From Longimicrobiales bacterium (GTDB lineage: Bacteria; Gemmatimonadota; Gemmatimonadetes; Longimicrobiales; Gaopeijiaceae): a DNA stretch of 64,000 nt. Where the stretch lies: contig OZ250165.1 in assembly GCA_965238005.1 (NCBI GenBank), positions 2,784,001-2,848,000 on the forward strand. The letters run 5' to 3'. The notes beneath the pieces were generated by a model. It made no database searches and was not told the origin of the DNA. It worked only from the letters and a program-made list of their open reading frames with translations. Every line of letters begins with the position of its first letter. Position 1 is the first letter of the stretch. This document shows, one piece after another, positions 61,552 through 64,000 of this stretch. The position numbers and the translations under genes were made by a program.

Positions 61552-61555
61552 CTAG

Positions 61556-63157
61556 GAGTCTGCGCCGCAGAAGCACAGCTGACTGAGCCGAATGGTCATC
61601 GAGCCGTCCGCGGCGAGGCGGATCCGGGTGATTGGGAGGTTGAGGACTTGTGTCTGCGACGGATCGGGAGAGCGGAATGGATGCGTTGGGGGGGGCAAGA
61701 GAGCTACGAGAGCCCTCGCGCCGGCAGATGCGGGTGAACCCTCGTGCAGTCATGCCGCCTGAAGGGTGTGCAGCCGCTTCACATTGAGTGCCAGGCACAC
61801 GAGGGTCCACTCGGCCCGGACCTTCTCGAGGCCCCGGAAGCTGAATCGTCGAAAGCCCATCACTTCCTTGATCCAGCCGATGGGCGCCTCGGCCTGCGAC
61901 TTTCGCCGTGCGTAGCGTCTGCGGCCATCTTCGCTCGCCAGCTTCTCCGCCATGCGGACTTTCGCCGGATATTCCTCCTTGTCAACCGTGGGGGCGGCCT
62001 TGCCCTCCCGGGCCAGCGCCACATACCCGTCGATGTCTCGCTCTTCCAGTTCCTCGAGATCCCGCTCGTTGCAATAGCCCGTGTCCGCCAGCACCTGCGC
62101 CGGCGTCTCGCCGTACGCTTGCGCCACCGCGTCGACCATGGGCACCAGCTGGCCCTGGTCGCTCGCGTTGTCCGTCACCTCGGCCCCGACCACCAGCTGG
62201 TTCTCCCCCTCCACGACCGTCTGTGCGTTGTAGCACTGCTGGAACCCCTCCGAACTCGTCTTCATGATCCGGCTCTCAGGGTCCGTGAAGTTGCTCTGCG
62301 CCGCCTCGTCCGGCTCTCCGTACTCCCGCTTGTAGGGCCTGCCGCCCTTCGGGTTGCGCGTCTGCCCCGGCTTGCGGCCCCGTGCGTCGTCCGCCGCTCT
62401 CTGCTCGGCTTCCAGGCGCGCCTTCGCCTCCCGGATCGCCGCCAGCCGGTCCTCGCGCCGCTTGAGCTCCTCCGGCACCTCGTCTCCGCATGCTTCCTCG
62501 CCGTAGCGCTCGTCTTCCGCTTCGTCCACCGCCTCGGCCCTCTCCAACAGCCCCCGGATCTCCGCCTCCAGCCGAGGCTCCCCGGTCACCATCCGGCCGT
62601 AGCTCATCGCCTTGCGCTTGTTCGCGTTCGCCCGAACCTTCGTCCCGTCCACCGACACCCTGCCAAGCCCCGCCAGCCCCAAGGCCCGCGCGAGCATCAC
62701 CACCTCCACAAACACCGCCCGGAAATCCCCGAGATGGCGCTTGCGGAACTCGCACAGCGTCCGGTGCTTCGGGAAGTTCTCCGCCGCCAGCATCCGAAAC
62801 GCGACATCCTCCTCCAGCTTCCTCGCCATCTTCCGCGACGAGAAGGTGCCCGTCGCATACGCGTAGATCAGCACCTTGACCATCATCCGAGGGTCGTACG
62901 GCGAGTTGCGCCGCCCGTCCCCCCGGTACCGCCCGTAGAACGCGCTCAGCTCCACCGCGTCCACCAGGTCGCTCACATGGTGCGCCAAATGACCCTCCGA
63001 CACCCACTCCCGAAGATCCGGAGGCAGCAACAACATCTGCTCCGGATCGTACGGTCGAAATGTCGTTCCCATTCACCCCCCTCGGTGATCCGCAAGCCTT
63101 CCCAATGCCTTCGCTACCACCAAAGATAGCCGCCGCAGGGTTCTGCGGCGCAGACTC
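61556..63157 (-). mobile_element. IS1182-family element (transposase 61750-63072)
   Basis: Perfect IRs GAGTCTGCGCCGCAGAA flanked by CTAG; SVDGTKV, TDPESRIM, YNAQ, LADTGY. Confidence 0.92.
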
Positions 63158-63395
63158 CTAGCCCAATGGCATGGCGTTGGAGTGTCGCGCGCATAATCTG
63201 CAAGCCTATCTCGGGGAACAGACCACCCAAGGAACGGTGGAAGCACTACTTCAAAGGTAGTTTCGGTATCGGAGGACCTCCATTGAAATCTCAGAGGGGG
63301 ACCTGCTGCATTTCTGCTGCGCCTTCCGTTGTTGATCGCCTAGAAGCGCGCGAGCCTGATGCCTAGGGATAGGCATCATAGTGGCCTGGCGTCCG

Positions 63396-64000
<605 letters not shown>

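Noticed and set aside
61744..63129. 461-aa plus-strand ORF and similar long antisense ORFs over integrases, mod and res
   Set aside because: Shadow ORFs of high-GC coding sequence on the opposite strand

Overview
High-GC bacterial window, probably Gemmatimonadota-like (judged from the Ser/Thr-kinase N-terminus, Bor lipoprotein and beta-barrel genes; inference only). It is almost entirely an accreted mobile/defence island beside a tRNA-Ile(GAT). It holds four full-length or near-full-length P4-type tyrosine integrases plus 3'-end remnants, each full copy followed by a ColE1-like oriT/palindrome module, and a VirB/VirD4 T4SS broken into three pieces. A ColE1-style mobC-relaxase module carries nested mbeB/mbeD-like genes. 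Defence-type cargo: type III R-M, a TIR protein, a TIGR04255 three-gene module and an orphan 8-repeat CRISPR array. A solo attC site, many IS elements (IS3, IS5, IS110 x2, IS256, IS1182) and gene fragments are also present. Two highlights. (1) A lower-GC operon, ACP-like / XRE / ImmA-IrrE / thymidylate-synthase-like / dTMP kinase / DNA base-hypermodification protein / MazG (28181-33510), is a candidate nucleotide-modification defence system. (2) Two IS110-family elements have bridge-RNA guide segments that can be read from the sequence and match their own insertion sites, which lie inside repeated cis-elements of the resident mobile elements. Family calls come from motif recognition, not database searches. 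Some fragmentation could be assembly chimerism.
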